From the IMG/VR virus record IMGVR_UViG_3300007171_000076: a stretch of DNA of 64,000 bases; one strand, 5' to 3'. Below the pieces are notes generated by a model. It did not search any database. It was not told the origin of the DNA and saw only the letters and a list, made by a program, of their open reading frames with translations. This DNA comes from an uncultured virus (IMG/VR IMGVR_UViG_3300007171_000076) (taxonomy: Duplodnaviria; Heunggongvirae; Uroviricota; Caudoviricetes). The position numbers and the translations under genes were made by a program. How positions within the stretch are numbered: the first letter of the stretch is position 1; every line of letters starts with the position of its first letter. Positions 8,874 to 17,243 of this stretch are shown here, one piece after another.

Positions 8874-9285
8874 TGTTACAGAAATTATTAATAATCTCTC
8901 TGCCCTTCTTATAGTTTCCTGAGTTCTTTTCAAAATATACTGTGACTAAAAAATAATCTTCATCACTGTATCCAAAATGAATTTCAAGCTCTGGTCCAAG
9001 AAGGGGGAATTTTTTATTATTAATCATATTGTAGCTATTATGTAAATGTTGAAAGAATCTTCCTTTACATTTAGCATCGACCAAGAATACAACATATGGT
9101 ACACTAAAATCGCCATTCTTATATTTATGGCCTTGGCAACAAAACAATGTCCAGATCCATTCACTCTTATTAATGTTTAAGATAGAACTTTTAATTAATC
9201 GATCTAGCTTTACATCTTTTAAATTTCTTGGATCGTTATAATTGAATTTTTCTAGGAAGGAATCAAGAGTTCTCATAGATTTCAC
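8866..9285 (-). CDS. hypothetical protein with WTxxCCQGH motif, paralog of 39733-40200
   Basis: KLD..IK.SI..IN.S.W.WT...CQGH shared with 39733-40200. Confidence 0.65.
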   Translation of the reverse strand: MKSMRTLDSFLEKFNYNDPRNLKDVKLDRLIKSSILNINKSEWIWTLFCCQGHKYKNGDFSVPYVVFLVDAKCKGRFFQHLHNSYNMINNKKFPLLGPELEIHFGYSDEDYFLVTVYFEKNSGNYKKGREIINNFCNNV

Positions 9286-9493
9286 AGATCAGCATGTTAT
9301 CATCTTCTCGAATGATTTTGCCAGCAGCTGTTACAAGATGTTCGTCGATAGAGAGATTCCAATTGTTCTCATTATAAAGATCACGGAATTCTTCTAGAGT
9401 GTAAACCTTATCATCTTCGAAAAATCTAACTGTGGCTTCTTCTGAATAAAAATCTATAAGTCGGTCAATAGCGGTGAGGTCTAATAGTTTCAT
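9263..9493 (-). CDS. hypothetical protein
   Basis: 76 aa ORF, start 5 nt after AATAAT. Confidence 0.6.
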   Translation of the reverse strand: MKLLDLTAIDRLIDFYSEEATVRFFEDDKVYTLEEFRDLYNENNWNLSIDEHLVTAAGKIIREDDNMLICEIYENS

Positions 9494-9514
9494 GCCTTAT
9501 TATTCCCTCGATTT

Positions 9515-9829
9515 TTAGCTTTTGAGGCGCTTGAGTAAAAAAGGTATGAAAAAAGGAGCAATTAATAACATGCCTCCGTACCTCACATATATACTACCCT
9601 CGAAAAACCCAATAATATAAAAAATAATGCTCGAAAAAATAGGATATAAAATAATAAAGAGAATTAACCTTAAGATAAAAAGGATCTGGACCCTTTTAAA
9701 AGCTTTGGGGAAATTTTTACATTTACGACATTCATATTTAATAACGTCGCTGTAGAAATTATCACCACAAACCTCACACTTAAGTTTAATTCTCTTTAAT
9801 GTGCAACTTGATAAAACACTATTTTTCAT
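9515..9829 (-). CDS. membrane protein with N-terminal zinc ribbon
   Basis: CEVC...CRKC followed by two hydrophobic segments. Confidence 0.6.
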   Translation of the reverse strand: MKNSVLSSCTLKRIKLKCEVCGDNFYSDVIKYECRKCKNFPKAFKRVQILFILRLILFIILYPIFSSIIFYIIGFFEGSIYVRYGGMLLIAPFFIPFLLKRLKS

Positions 9830-9850
9830 TACAGTGTTTTATTCTATTTT

Positions 9851-10327
9851 TTAGAACTTGAATCCCAACATCTTAGTAAAGTCATCGATCTTTACAGAAG
9901 CGGTGACAAGAGCCCGGACCTTATCTGTGCTCGAAAAACGATTAGCAAGATCCACACCCTCTACATAAGCGCCAGCCGAAAGACTTACACCATTGATAAC
10001 CTTACCGAATGGAACAAGAACTCCAACACCTACTGCAGCCTTATCACCATACTTATCTGTGCTTAAGACTCCAACGGTTGAAACAGTCTTTCCAAGTACA
10101 GTATAATTGCCTAGAGTAGAAAGGGCCAATGCATTACTATTTCGGCCATCAATTCCAACTCCTGCAGTAAAACCATTAAAGCGACCATCACTGAACTGAG
10201 GCTTAACAAAAAAGCTCTTAGCACCAACTTCCGCCTTCTTTCCCCCAACTTGAGAGAATGATCCGCTGCAAACTAAACAGGAAATAACAACTGGAATTAC
10301 ACTCTTAAATACTAAATTCTTAATCAT
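9851..10327 (-). CDS. exported protein, possibly a small outer-membrane beta-barrel
   Basis: signal-peptide-like N-terminus, Gly/Val-rich strand-like segments, C-terminal LGFKF. Confidence 0.5.
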   Translation of the reverse strand: MIKNLVFKSVIPVVISCLVCSGSFSQVGGKKAEVGAKSFFVKPQFSDGRFNGFTAGVGIDGRNSNALALSTLGNYTVLGKTVSTVGVLSTDKYGDKAAVGVGVLVPFGKVINGVSLSAGAYVEGVDLANRFSSTDKVRALVTASVKIDDFTKMLGFKF

Positions 10328-10373
10328 ATAAAAATTCCTTCTAGACTTTAACGTCATATTTTATTATTCCCCT

Positions 10374-10820
10374 TTACTCGAAATATGCAATCACCCTAAG
10401 ATCTTTTTTTAACCTATCCTTTATTCGTTGTATCTTCTTTCTTAAAGCCACAACAGATAAACCATATTTTTCTGACAAACTATTATAATCTTCCCCTAGA
10501 GAATAAAATTTAAAAAGCTCGAAATCTTTTCCCAATATTTCAAAGACAAGCTCCTCTAATTCGTTTGTCTCGAAATTTTCCCTATAAATCGGCTCATCTA
10601 TAAAATCTAAACTCTCGAATTTCTTTTTCCTTGAACGATCTATTAATGCGTTTAAAGCTATACCAATTAAATAACTTTTCTCAGTCTCTTCTCTAATGTT
10701 ATAATTTCGAATTAAAAGATTATAATAAACATCACTAGTTAATTCCTCTGATAAATTATAATCTTTTGTTTTACTATATAGATAATTAAATATTACCTTA
10801 CGATATTTCAAAAGCTTCAT
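10374..10820 (-). CDS. ECF-type sigma70 factor
   Basis: region 2-like SEELTSDVY...SYLIGIALNALIDRSRK; region 4-like YNSLSEKYGLSVVALRKKIQRIK. Confidence 0.7.
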   Translation of the reverse strand: MKLLKYRKVIFNYLYSKTKDYNLSEELTSDVYYNLLIRNYNIREETEKSYLIGIALNALIDRSRKKKFESLDFIDEPIYRENFETNELEELVFEILGKDFELFKFYSLGEDYNSLSEKYGLSVVALRKKIQRIKDRLKKDLRVIAYFE

Positions 10821-10879
10821 AAAAATAAAAAAGAGGAAAAGAATATTCCTTTCCTCTTCTCCCTTAAAAAATAAAAATC

Positions 10880-11377
10880 TTAATCACATAACAAGAAAGA
10901 ATAACGGAACTTATGCACAGCTACAATAACTTCTTCGTCACTATAATCTAACTCATTAATTGCCACCCTATAATATTGTATCATGTTCTTAATAGGTGGG
11001 TCAAGAGGTGCTAAACCATTCTGCACTCTATACTGTGTCCAACTCCTATAATGCTGCCCAAGAGAACCAAGATTATAAAGGAGCAAATCAAAATCGTTAA
11101 AAGGAACACTCCAATCAACTTTAAGCTTCTCTAACTCTTTTAAATTCTCACCCTGAAAATCCTTAAGCTTCTTATCACTCTCGAAAAATTCACCAATCTC
11201 TTCACCATACTCGAAAACCTTATACTTGTCTTCTTTCTTTTGAACTTTTACTGGCTCCTTAACAACTTCTTTAACAACAGGCTTAACTTCAACAACTTCA
11301 ACGGTTTCTACAATTTCTTCTTTAGTCTCAACAGTTTCTTCCACTGCCTTAACTTCCTCGATTTTCTTCCTTGCCAT
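10880..11377 (-). CDS. hypothetical protein (E/V/K-rich N-terminus)
   Basis: 165 aa ORF with AAGGA RBS. Confidence 0.7.
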   Translation of the reverse strand: MARKKIEEVKAVEETVETKEEIVETVEVVEVKPVVKEVVKEPVKVQKKEDKYKVFEYGEEIGEFFESDKKLKDFQGENLKELEKLKVDWSVPFNDFDLLLYNLGSLGQHYRSWTQYRVQNGLAPLDPPIKNMIQYYRVAINELDYSDEEVIVAVHKFRYSFLLCD

Positions 11378-11469
11378 ATTTTTTCCTTTCGGCTGTGGAT
11401 TCTTAAACGATATCCTTACAAAATAATAGAGAAAAATCCTCTATATCCTCTTTTACAATAAAAATATCC

Positions 11470-12021
11470 TTAAGACCTCGAAAAACTAATTCCAAGCTCC
11501 TTTAACCGCTTATTTATGACCGGAAAACCTGTAACAACCCCACCATTAATTTCTATCTCTTGTTCACCTATATCAGATAATTTTATTTTTCCACTACCAT
11601 TAAAATAATATCCCTGATTACTCGAACCCCTTAAGCCACCCCAAATTCTCTTACCCCTATCATATCGCCCATAAACCAATAAGTCAATATAATCCAAACA
11701 TTTTTTCTTATCAAAATCTTCTAAAATTTCCCCTATATCAAAACCACTAAAAACAACAACTCCCCCAGGTAAATCCAACTCCACTAAAAGACTATATAAT
11801 TCATCTGCTTGTAAGAAAGGTTCACCCCCAGATATTGTTAATCCCGGAGACTTTATAAAATCTAATACATCTCTTACACTATAATATTCTCCACCCTCGA
11901 AATTCCATGTCTCAGGATTAAAACAGCCGAGACATCCTAAATTACATCCCTGAAACCAAATAATATCCCTCTCTCCAGGACCGTTAACAAAAGTACTCGA
12001 AAGCTTACCAAATAGTTGCAT
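11470..12021 (-). CDS. nrdG: NrdG-like radical SAM activating protein
   Basis: NGPGERDIIWFQGCNLGCLGCFN (CxxxCxxC), TISGGEPFLQ, RGSSNQ. Confidence 0.8.
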   Translation of the reverse strand: MQLFGKLSSTFVNGPGERDIIWFQGCNLGCLGCFNPETWNFEGGEYYSVRDVLDFIKSPGLTISGGEPFLQADELYSLLVELDLPGGVVVFSGFDIGEILEDFDKKKCLDYIDLLVYGRYDRGKRIWGGLRGSSNQGYYFNGSGKIKLSDIGEQEIEINGGVVTGFPVINKRLKELGISFSRS

Positions 12022-12050
12022 CCCTTAAATCCATCCTGTATAATAAACGC

Positions 12051-12485
12051 ATGAGTAAGGTTTTTAATAACGTATATCTAAAACTTAAAGAAGAATACGA
12101 ACAAAGTGAGCCAGTAGAATATAACTCGAAAAATCTACTGAAGAATATTAGCACGACATTAGACAATCTTTATAAAAATCTTCTCAACATTGAACTTATA
12201 CTTAAAGAGATTACATTATTCGATACCAAAACATCTGAGGAATTTTTAAATCTCTCTTATAAAAATATCGAAGAAATACATAAGAGTTTTCCTAAGATCT
12301 TTTTCGACACACCAATAGAAGAAAATTATCCAGAAACATACTTAGATGCAATAGAAGAATTAATAGCATCTGTAATCACCTTAAGATTCTATTTAGTAAG
12401 ACTCGAAAATCAAGATAATAAAAATATCCTATCACTCTTAGATTCTTATATTCTTAACATTAAACTATATACCAAAAATTATTAG
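12051..12485 (+). CDS. hypothetical helical protein
   Basis: 144 aa ORF; TATAAT lies 6 nt before the ATG. Confidence 0.65.
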   Translation: MSKVFNNVYLKLKEEYEQSEPVEYNSKNLLKNISTTLDNLYKNLLNIELILKEITLFDTKTSEEFLNLSYKNIEEIHKSFPKIFFDTPIEENYPETYLDAIEELIASVITLRFYLVRLENQDNKNILSLLDSYILNIKLYTKNY

Positions 12486-13648
12486 GCTCGAAAAATACAC
12501 CTTAAGATATTTTAAAAAGTTGAACCTAAATCTTAAAGTACTATAGGGGAAGAACAAAAGAATCTCAACTCCAAAAATAGGCTCGAATTTTAAAGTGTGA
12601 TATAATGTAATACTGTGAACCTAAAATACTCGAAAAACTCTAGGGGATATTTTTAATTCTATAGTGGGTATTGTGCTCGATTTTTGGAATTTTTTAGGAT
12701 TCTTGATATATACTAAAAAATTTGCAGGAAAGTCTTTTGTAAATACAGAATGATATTTATTCACACTAGGATTTTAAAATAGACCTCCGAACAGAAAAAG
12801 CCCCGATAAAATTCTTCTTGTTGTTAAATAAAACTCTTCTGGTCTAATTCAAAAATCTAGGAGTTGTTTAGAAAAATTCCTGTGGTCTGATTCAAAATTT
12901 CTAAGGTCTGTTTACAAGAATCTTATTTAAATTCTTCCTGTAGTTAAGTAAAAGTCCTAGGGTTTGATTTAAAAGATTCTGTGCTATTCAATTAATTCTC
13001 TTATGGTATTAAATCTAGAGTGTTATTTTAAATTCCCTTATTATTATTCTTTTATTCTCTGGGGTTTTTTATTTTAATTATCCCTATTGTATTATTTTTT
13101 CTTCTAGGGTATAATATTTAATCTATTTATTTCTCTATAGGCTAAATTTTGTTTTTTTTCTTATTCTACCCTATCTTTTATCATTATCTATCAGTATTGT
13201 TTTTTATGTAAGTTATTTGGCATTAGGGTTTTTAATTAGTAGTGAATGGGAATAGGATTTTTTTTGTATGGTAAGATTTGTTTTTAAATGGGAATAGAAT
13301 TTTGTTTTATGGTGTATTATTTTATTAGTTTGGGTTGTAGTCTCCATTGTGTTTTTAAATTTGTTTTTGTTGGGTATTTTTAGAAGGAATATTAGAAAGC
13401 TTTGCAGAATATATTAATTAGTCTTATTGTCTGTATTGATAATTTGGCTTTTTTTATATTTAGTATTAATGTGGTATGAATCTATCTTTTTTAATGGTTG
13501 TTTTAGCTTAGGAATCTTTTGTTTTTAGAATTTTGATTGATTTGTTTATATATTTTCTGTGTTATATTTTTTTGGGTTTTTTGGGCTTATTTTTTACATT
13601 AATTTTACGTTGTTATTTTTTTGTATATATTATGTGAGGTATATTATT
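12486..13648. other. large non-coding region, candidate replication origin
   Basis: no credible ORF; gene orientation and G/C skew invert here; imperfect direct repeats at ~12808-12977; very AT-rich 13020-13200. Confidence 0.55.
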
Positions 13649-14176
13649 ATGACAGTTTTAGAGAAGTATAATTTGGCGGTAGATTTGATAGAGGGTGATG
13701 ATTCTTTGTATGTTGGTTATGTATCTGATGTTGAAGGTCATGTTCCTGTAGTTGTTGATTTATTGTCTTGTTATGGTGGTATTGTTTCTCTTTTATCTGG
13801 TATTGGAAAGAAGCGTATTAATCTTTATTATTTCAATGGTGAGTTAATTTCTAATGTTGATGTTTTAGGAATTTTGTTACGTGAGGTTGATGTAAATAGG
13901 GAATCTTGTTTAACTTTATTGGATGAGATTTATTCTTATTGTTTTCCTGCTTTACGTTTTGAGGTTAAGATTCTAAGTAATGATGTTGATGCTTTTGTAT
14001 CTATTATGAAGAGTCTGCGTGATTTGCGTTTTAGTGTAGAGTCTGGTTCTGTTGTTGTCGAGCCAGTTGTTGAGGAGCCTGTTATTGCTTCTGTTGGTGT
14101 TGTTGATGGTGAGGAGATTGAGGTTGTAGATTTTGAGAGTGAGATTGATTTTGTAGAGGTTAAGAAAAAGAAGTAG
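13649..14176 (+). CDS. hypothetical protein
   Basis: start MTVLEK after GAGGT RBS; upstream in-frame extension is low-complexity. Confidence 0.7.
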   Translation: MTVLEKYNLAVDLIEGDDSLYVGYVSDVEGHVPVVVDLLSCYGGIVSLLSGIGKKRINLYYFNGELISNVDVLGILLREVDVNRESCLTLLDEIYSYCFPALRFEVKILSNDVDAFVSIMKSLRDLRFSVESGSVVVEPVVEEPVIASVGVVDGEEIEVVDFESEIDFVEVKKKK

Positions 14177-14190
14177 TATTGTGGTTTTGT

Positions 14191-14229
14191 TTTTTTGATC
14201 TGCTCTTTTTATAGGGCAGATTTTTTTTT
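14191..14229. terminator. intrinsic terminator between convergent genes
   Basis: ATCTGCTCT/AGGGCAGAT stem followed by a long T run. Confidence 0.65.
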
Positions 14230-14230
14230 G

Positions 14231-14653
14231 TTATAATCTTAAGATGTCTTTTTCTTTATGTATTTCGATATGGTCAATATTTGAATTTATTGCTAATCTA
14301 AAGAATAGTTCAAGGTCTTCTATTTCTGGGTTATCTACAGGGTTGATTTTTATAATTTTATTGTAGATTGTTTTAAAATCTTTGTTATATAGGAAGAAGA
14401 ACATGCTATCTTGATTTATCATTTCTTTAATTTCTTTTTTGGATAAATTTAAGAGAGCTAAAGTTTTTGATTTGATTGTTATTTGTCCGTTGTATGGGTT
14501 ATCTGTTACATGTATAGAATTTAGTTTTTCACTATATTTTTTAATTTTATCTTCATCATAAGTTTCTAGTTTGTCGATAAAATTCATTAAGAGATTCCAA
14601 GTCAAGTGTTGTTTTTGCATCATAATATTAGGGTTGTTAAATTGTATATTCAT
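14231..14653 (-). CDS. hypothetical protein
   Basis: 140 aa ORF; TACAAT lies 6 nt before the ATG. Confidence 0.65.
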   Translation of the reverse strand: MNIQFNNPNIMMQKQHLTWNLLMNFIDKLETYDEDKIKKYSEKLNSIHVTDNPYNGQITIKSKTLALLNLSKKEIKEMINQDSMFFFLYNKDFKTIYNKIIKINPVDNPEIEDLELFFRLAINSNIDHIEIHKEKDILRL

Positions 14654-14710
14654 GTGTTTATTGTATCATAGGTTTAGGATTGTGTGTGTTGTTTCTAGAA
14701 TGTTTTATTT

Positions 14711-14929
14711 ATGTGGTATAGATATTCTGGTGTAACAATATTATATAAATTTAATAATCAAAAGAAATCTTTAAGGGAGCATTTGGAGGATTTATTTCCA
14801 GATGTTAATTCTGTGGATATTTTTTATTTAATGAATAGAGTGCGATCAAGAGCTAAGAAATTGGGTGTGTCTGTTGAGGATGTGCTTTATGACATTGCTT
14901 TCGATGGTTTATTTAGGGATGGCAGATAA
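14711..14929 (+). CDS. small MWY-tag protein
   Basis: begins MWYRYS; stop overlaps the next ATG. Confidence 0.65.
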   Translation: MWYRYSGVTILYKFNNQKKSLREHLEDLFPDVNSVDIFYLMNRVRSRAKKLGVSVEDVLYDIAFDGLFRDGR

Positions 14930-17145
14930 TGTGGTATAAATTTGCGGCTTTTGCTAAGTTAATTAAAAATCTTTATCCTTATGAGTTTTGGGTTGAAGTA
15001 GAAGAGAAAAATGAATTAAGAGAAATTGTTCCATCATTTAAAAAAATTGTACCTGGGCAAGAAATGGGAATTGTGGCTTGGGGTAAATTATTAAAAACAA
15101 GCACCCTCAACACTAAAAATGAAAATACATTATTAAATTTTTTATCATCAAGAATTACAGAAGATGCTGAAGGGAAAAAAGTCTATACAAGTGTTTATAA
15201 GGGTGATATTTTTTTGGCTAATCCTATAATTGGTGGATTTTGGATTGAAGAGGAAAACAAAAATGAATTAGGGCAGATTGTAAAAGTCTCTAAAGAAATT
15301 GGGTATGGAGATTCATTCAATCTTACAGAATGGAAGAAAATATTAAGAACAAATCAAATTAATGCTAAAGATAAAGATAGTTTGAAAAAATTTCTAACTG
15401 ATGATAAATTCAAAATGATCGGTGATAAGAAGTTTTATGTACCTATTCCTTTAGGTAAACCAACATTATTAAAAAATCCTATAGTTGGTGGTTTTTGGAT
15501 TGAAGAAGAAAAAAAGAATGAATTTGGAGAGATTGTAAAAGTCCCTAAAGAAATTGGGTATGAAGAACCTAAAGGTATTAAAGAGTGGAGAAAATTATTA
15601 AAAACACACAAAATAAATGCTGAAGACCTTGATAGTTTGAAAAAATTTCTAACTGATGATAAATTCAAAATGATCGGTGATAAGAAGTTTTATGTGCCTT
15701 CATGGCAGGGTGAGGAAGTTTTAATAAAAAATCCTATTACTGAAGGGTTTTATATAGATGGAGAATTTATTGGTCCAGAGACAACAATGAATATTGCTGA
15801 TTGGACCAATAAATTGAAAACTTTTGCTATAAGATCACGTAAACAAAGTTTACAAGAATTTTTGAGTGATAAATTGACCCGAAACAAGGAAGGTAAATTA
15901 GAATATTTCTATGATCCTCGAGAAATGTATAGAAAATTCTATTTTAAGAATCCTATATCTGAAGGATTTTACTTAGATGGAGACCTTATTGGTCCTGAAA
16001 CTTTTTTATCAACCTCTGATTGGAGAAGATTATTAAGTACTGAAAAAATTGATAAAAACAATCCAAACAGTTTAAGAGATTTCTTAAATCAACCTGGAAT
16101 TCTGACAGAAATTGATGGAAAAAAATATTATAATTATACAGGTCAAAAAAGATATATTAAAAATCCATTAAATGAAGTTTTTTGGGTTGAAAAAACACCT
16201 ATAGAGCCAAATGAAGAATTTACGGTTTCAGGATGGGCAAAATTATTAAATACCAGTTGGTTAAACACTACTAATGATGAAGTGCTAAAAGATTTTTTAA
16301 GTGATAAAAGAAGATTCAGGACTCGTAACAACAAAAAAACTTATATACCTGTAAAAAGATCTTCAAGAGAGGGATTATTTTCAGAAAAATTTTATAACTA
16401 TAATCATGATGACATAACTGTTAAGGCTGGTAAATATATAATTGTCATGACTAACAAAACTAATATTTTGTATTTAGATTTTGCTTTCATGAAAAATGAT
16501 AAAATATTGCTTGCTGTCGAGATCAATGGATATCAACATTATGGTTTTGTAACATTTGGTAAAAAATTATCTTATCAGGATTGGCAAGATGGTTTACTAA
16601 GAGATATCTTGAAAATCAATTATTGTTATGAAAATAAAATTCCTTTATTAATTTTCAATCATATGTTATCATTGAGCGAATTCAAAAGTATATTGGATAA
16701 TTTGCATAAAAACCCTCATGCTTATGAAAATTTTATCCCCCAACCTGTAATTGACAATAATCCTAAAAACACATCTTTAGAATTTATTAAAAGACAGATT
16801 TATTCTCATTTATATCCTGTTTTTAATGACACAATTACTTTTGAAGATGATGAAGCTAAAAAAAGATATATTAAAGATACCTTGATCTTAATTTCAAAAC
16901 TTATGGGTGTTTATGAGAACGGGATTGATAAAACAGACTATATTAGAGCATTTGATACTAATGTAGATTTAACTTCAAATTACAACATATGTTTAGCAAT
17001 ATATAATTCATTACATCCTGATTATCCATTAGATAAAGATGAAAAAATCACCTATTCAGATTTATCTAAAAAACCAAGAATTTTTAAAGAAAAACCACTT
17101 GAAAAACAGAAACCTAAAGAAAACTTAATCCCCTCAGAAGAATAG
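14929..17145 (+). CDS. MWY-tag tandem-repeat protein with C-terminal DUF559/Vsr-like PD-(D/E)xK nuclease
   Basis: six 71-85 aa repeats (NP..GF[WY]...W.KLL.T...L..FL), then SSRE...LYLDFAF...AVEINGYQHY...RDILKINYC..NKIPLLIF. Confidence 0.75.
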   Translation: MWYKFAAFAKLIKNLYPYEFWVEVEEKNELREIVPSFKKIVPGQEMGIVAWGKLLKTSTLNTKNENTLLNFLSSRITEDAEGKKVYTSVYKGDIFLANPIIGGFWIEEENKNELGQIVKVSKEIGYGDSFNLTEWKKILRTNQINAKDKDSLKKFLTDDKFKMIGDKKFYVPIPLGKPTLLKNPIVGGFWIEEEKKNEFGEIVKVPKEIGYEEPKGIKEWRKLLKTHKINAEDLDSLKKFLTDDKFKMIGDKKFYVPSWQGEEVLIKNPITEGFYIDGEFIGPETTMNIADWTNKLKTFAIRSRKQSLQEFLSDKLTRNKEGKLEYFYDPREMYRKFYFKNPISEGFYLDGDLIGPETFLSTSDWRRLLSTEKIDKNNPNSLRDFLNQPGILTEIDGKKYYNYTGQKRYIKNPLNEVFWVEKTPIEPNEEFTVSGWAKLLNTSWLNTTNDEVLKDFLSDKRRFRTRNNKKTYIPVKRSSREGLFSEKFYNYNHDDITVKAGKYIIVMTNKTNILYLDFAFMKNDKILLAVEINGYQHYGFVTFGKKLSYQDWQDGLLRDILKINYCYENKIPLLIFNHMLSLSEFKSILDNLHKNPHAYENFIPQPVIDNNPKNTSLEFIKRQIYSHLYPVFNDTITFEDDEAKKRYIKDTLILISKLMGVYENGIDKTDYIRAFDTNVDLTSNYNICLAIYNSLHPDYPLDKDEKITYSDLSKKPRIFKEKPLEKQKPKENLIPSEE

Positions 17146-17155
17146 GGGATTATTT
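17126..17155 (+). terminator. intrinsic terminator
   Basis: TAATCCCCT/AGGGGATTA stem then TTT, at the end of 14929-17145. Confidence 0.55.
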
Positions 17156-17243
17156 GTTATTCAATATAAGTTGTATGTAATTTTGATAACGGTGACGAAT
17201 TATAAGAGAAAGATTTATAAGATTTCTGTTAGGGATTATTATT

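Larger units (their letters stand above)
9507..12685 (+). repeat. strand-polarised dispersed CTCGA(A/T) motif array
   Basis: about 21 plus-strand copies counted by eye, many as CTCGAAAAA. Confidence 0.75.

Noticed and set aside
13559..13648. Hydrophobic N-terminal extension of ORF 13559-14176
   Set aside because: Arises from T-rich low-complexity DNA; a GAGGT RBS supports the ATG at 13649
14929..14941. ATGTGGTATAAA as an extended -10 promoter explaining the MWY motif
   Set aside because: Variants TGGTAC and TGGTTT keep the peptide pattern but break the box, and the motif is always in frame at a start; not fully excluded
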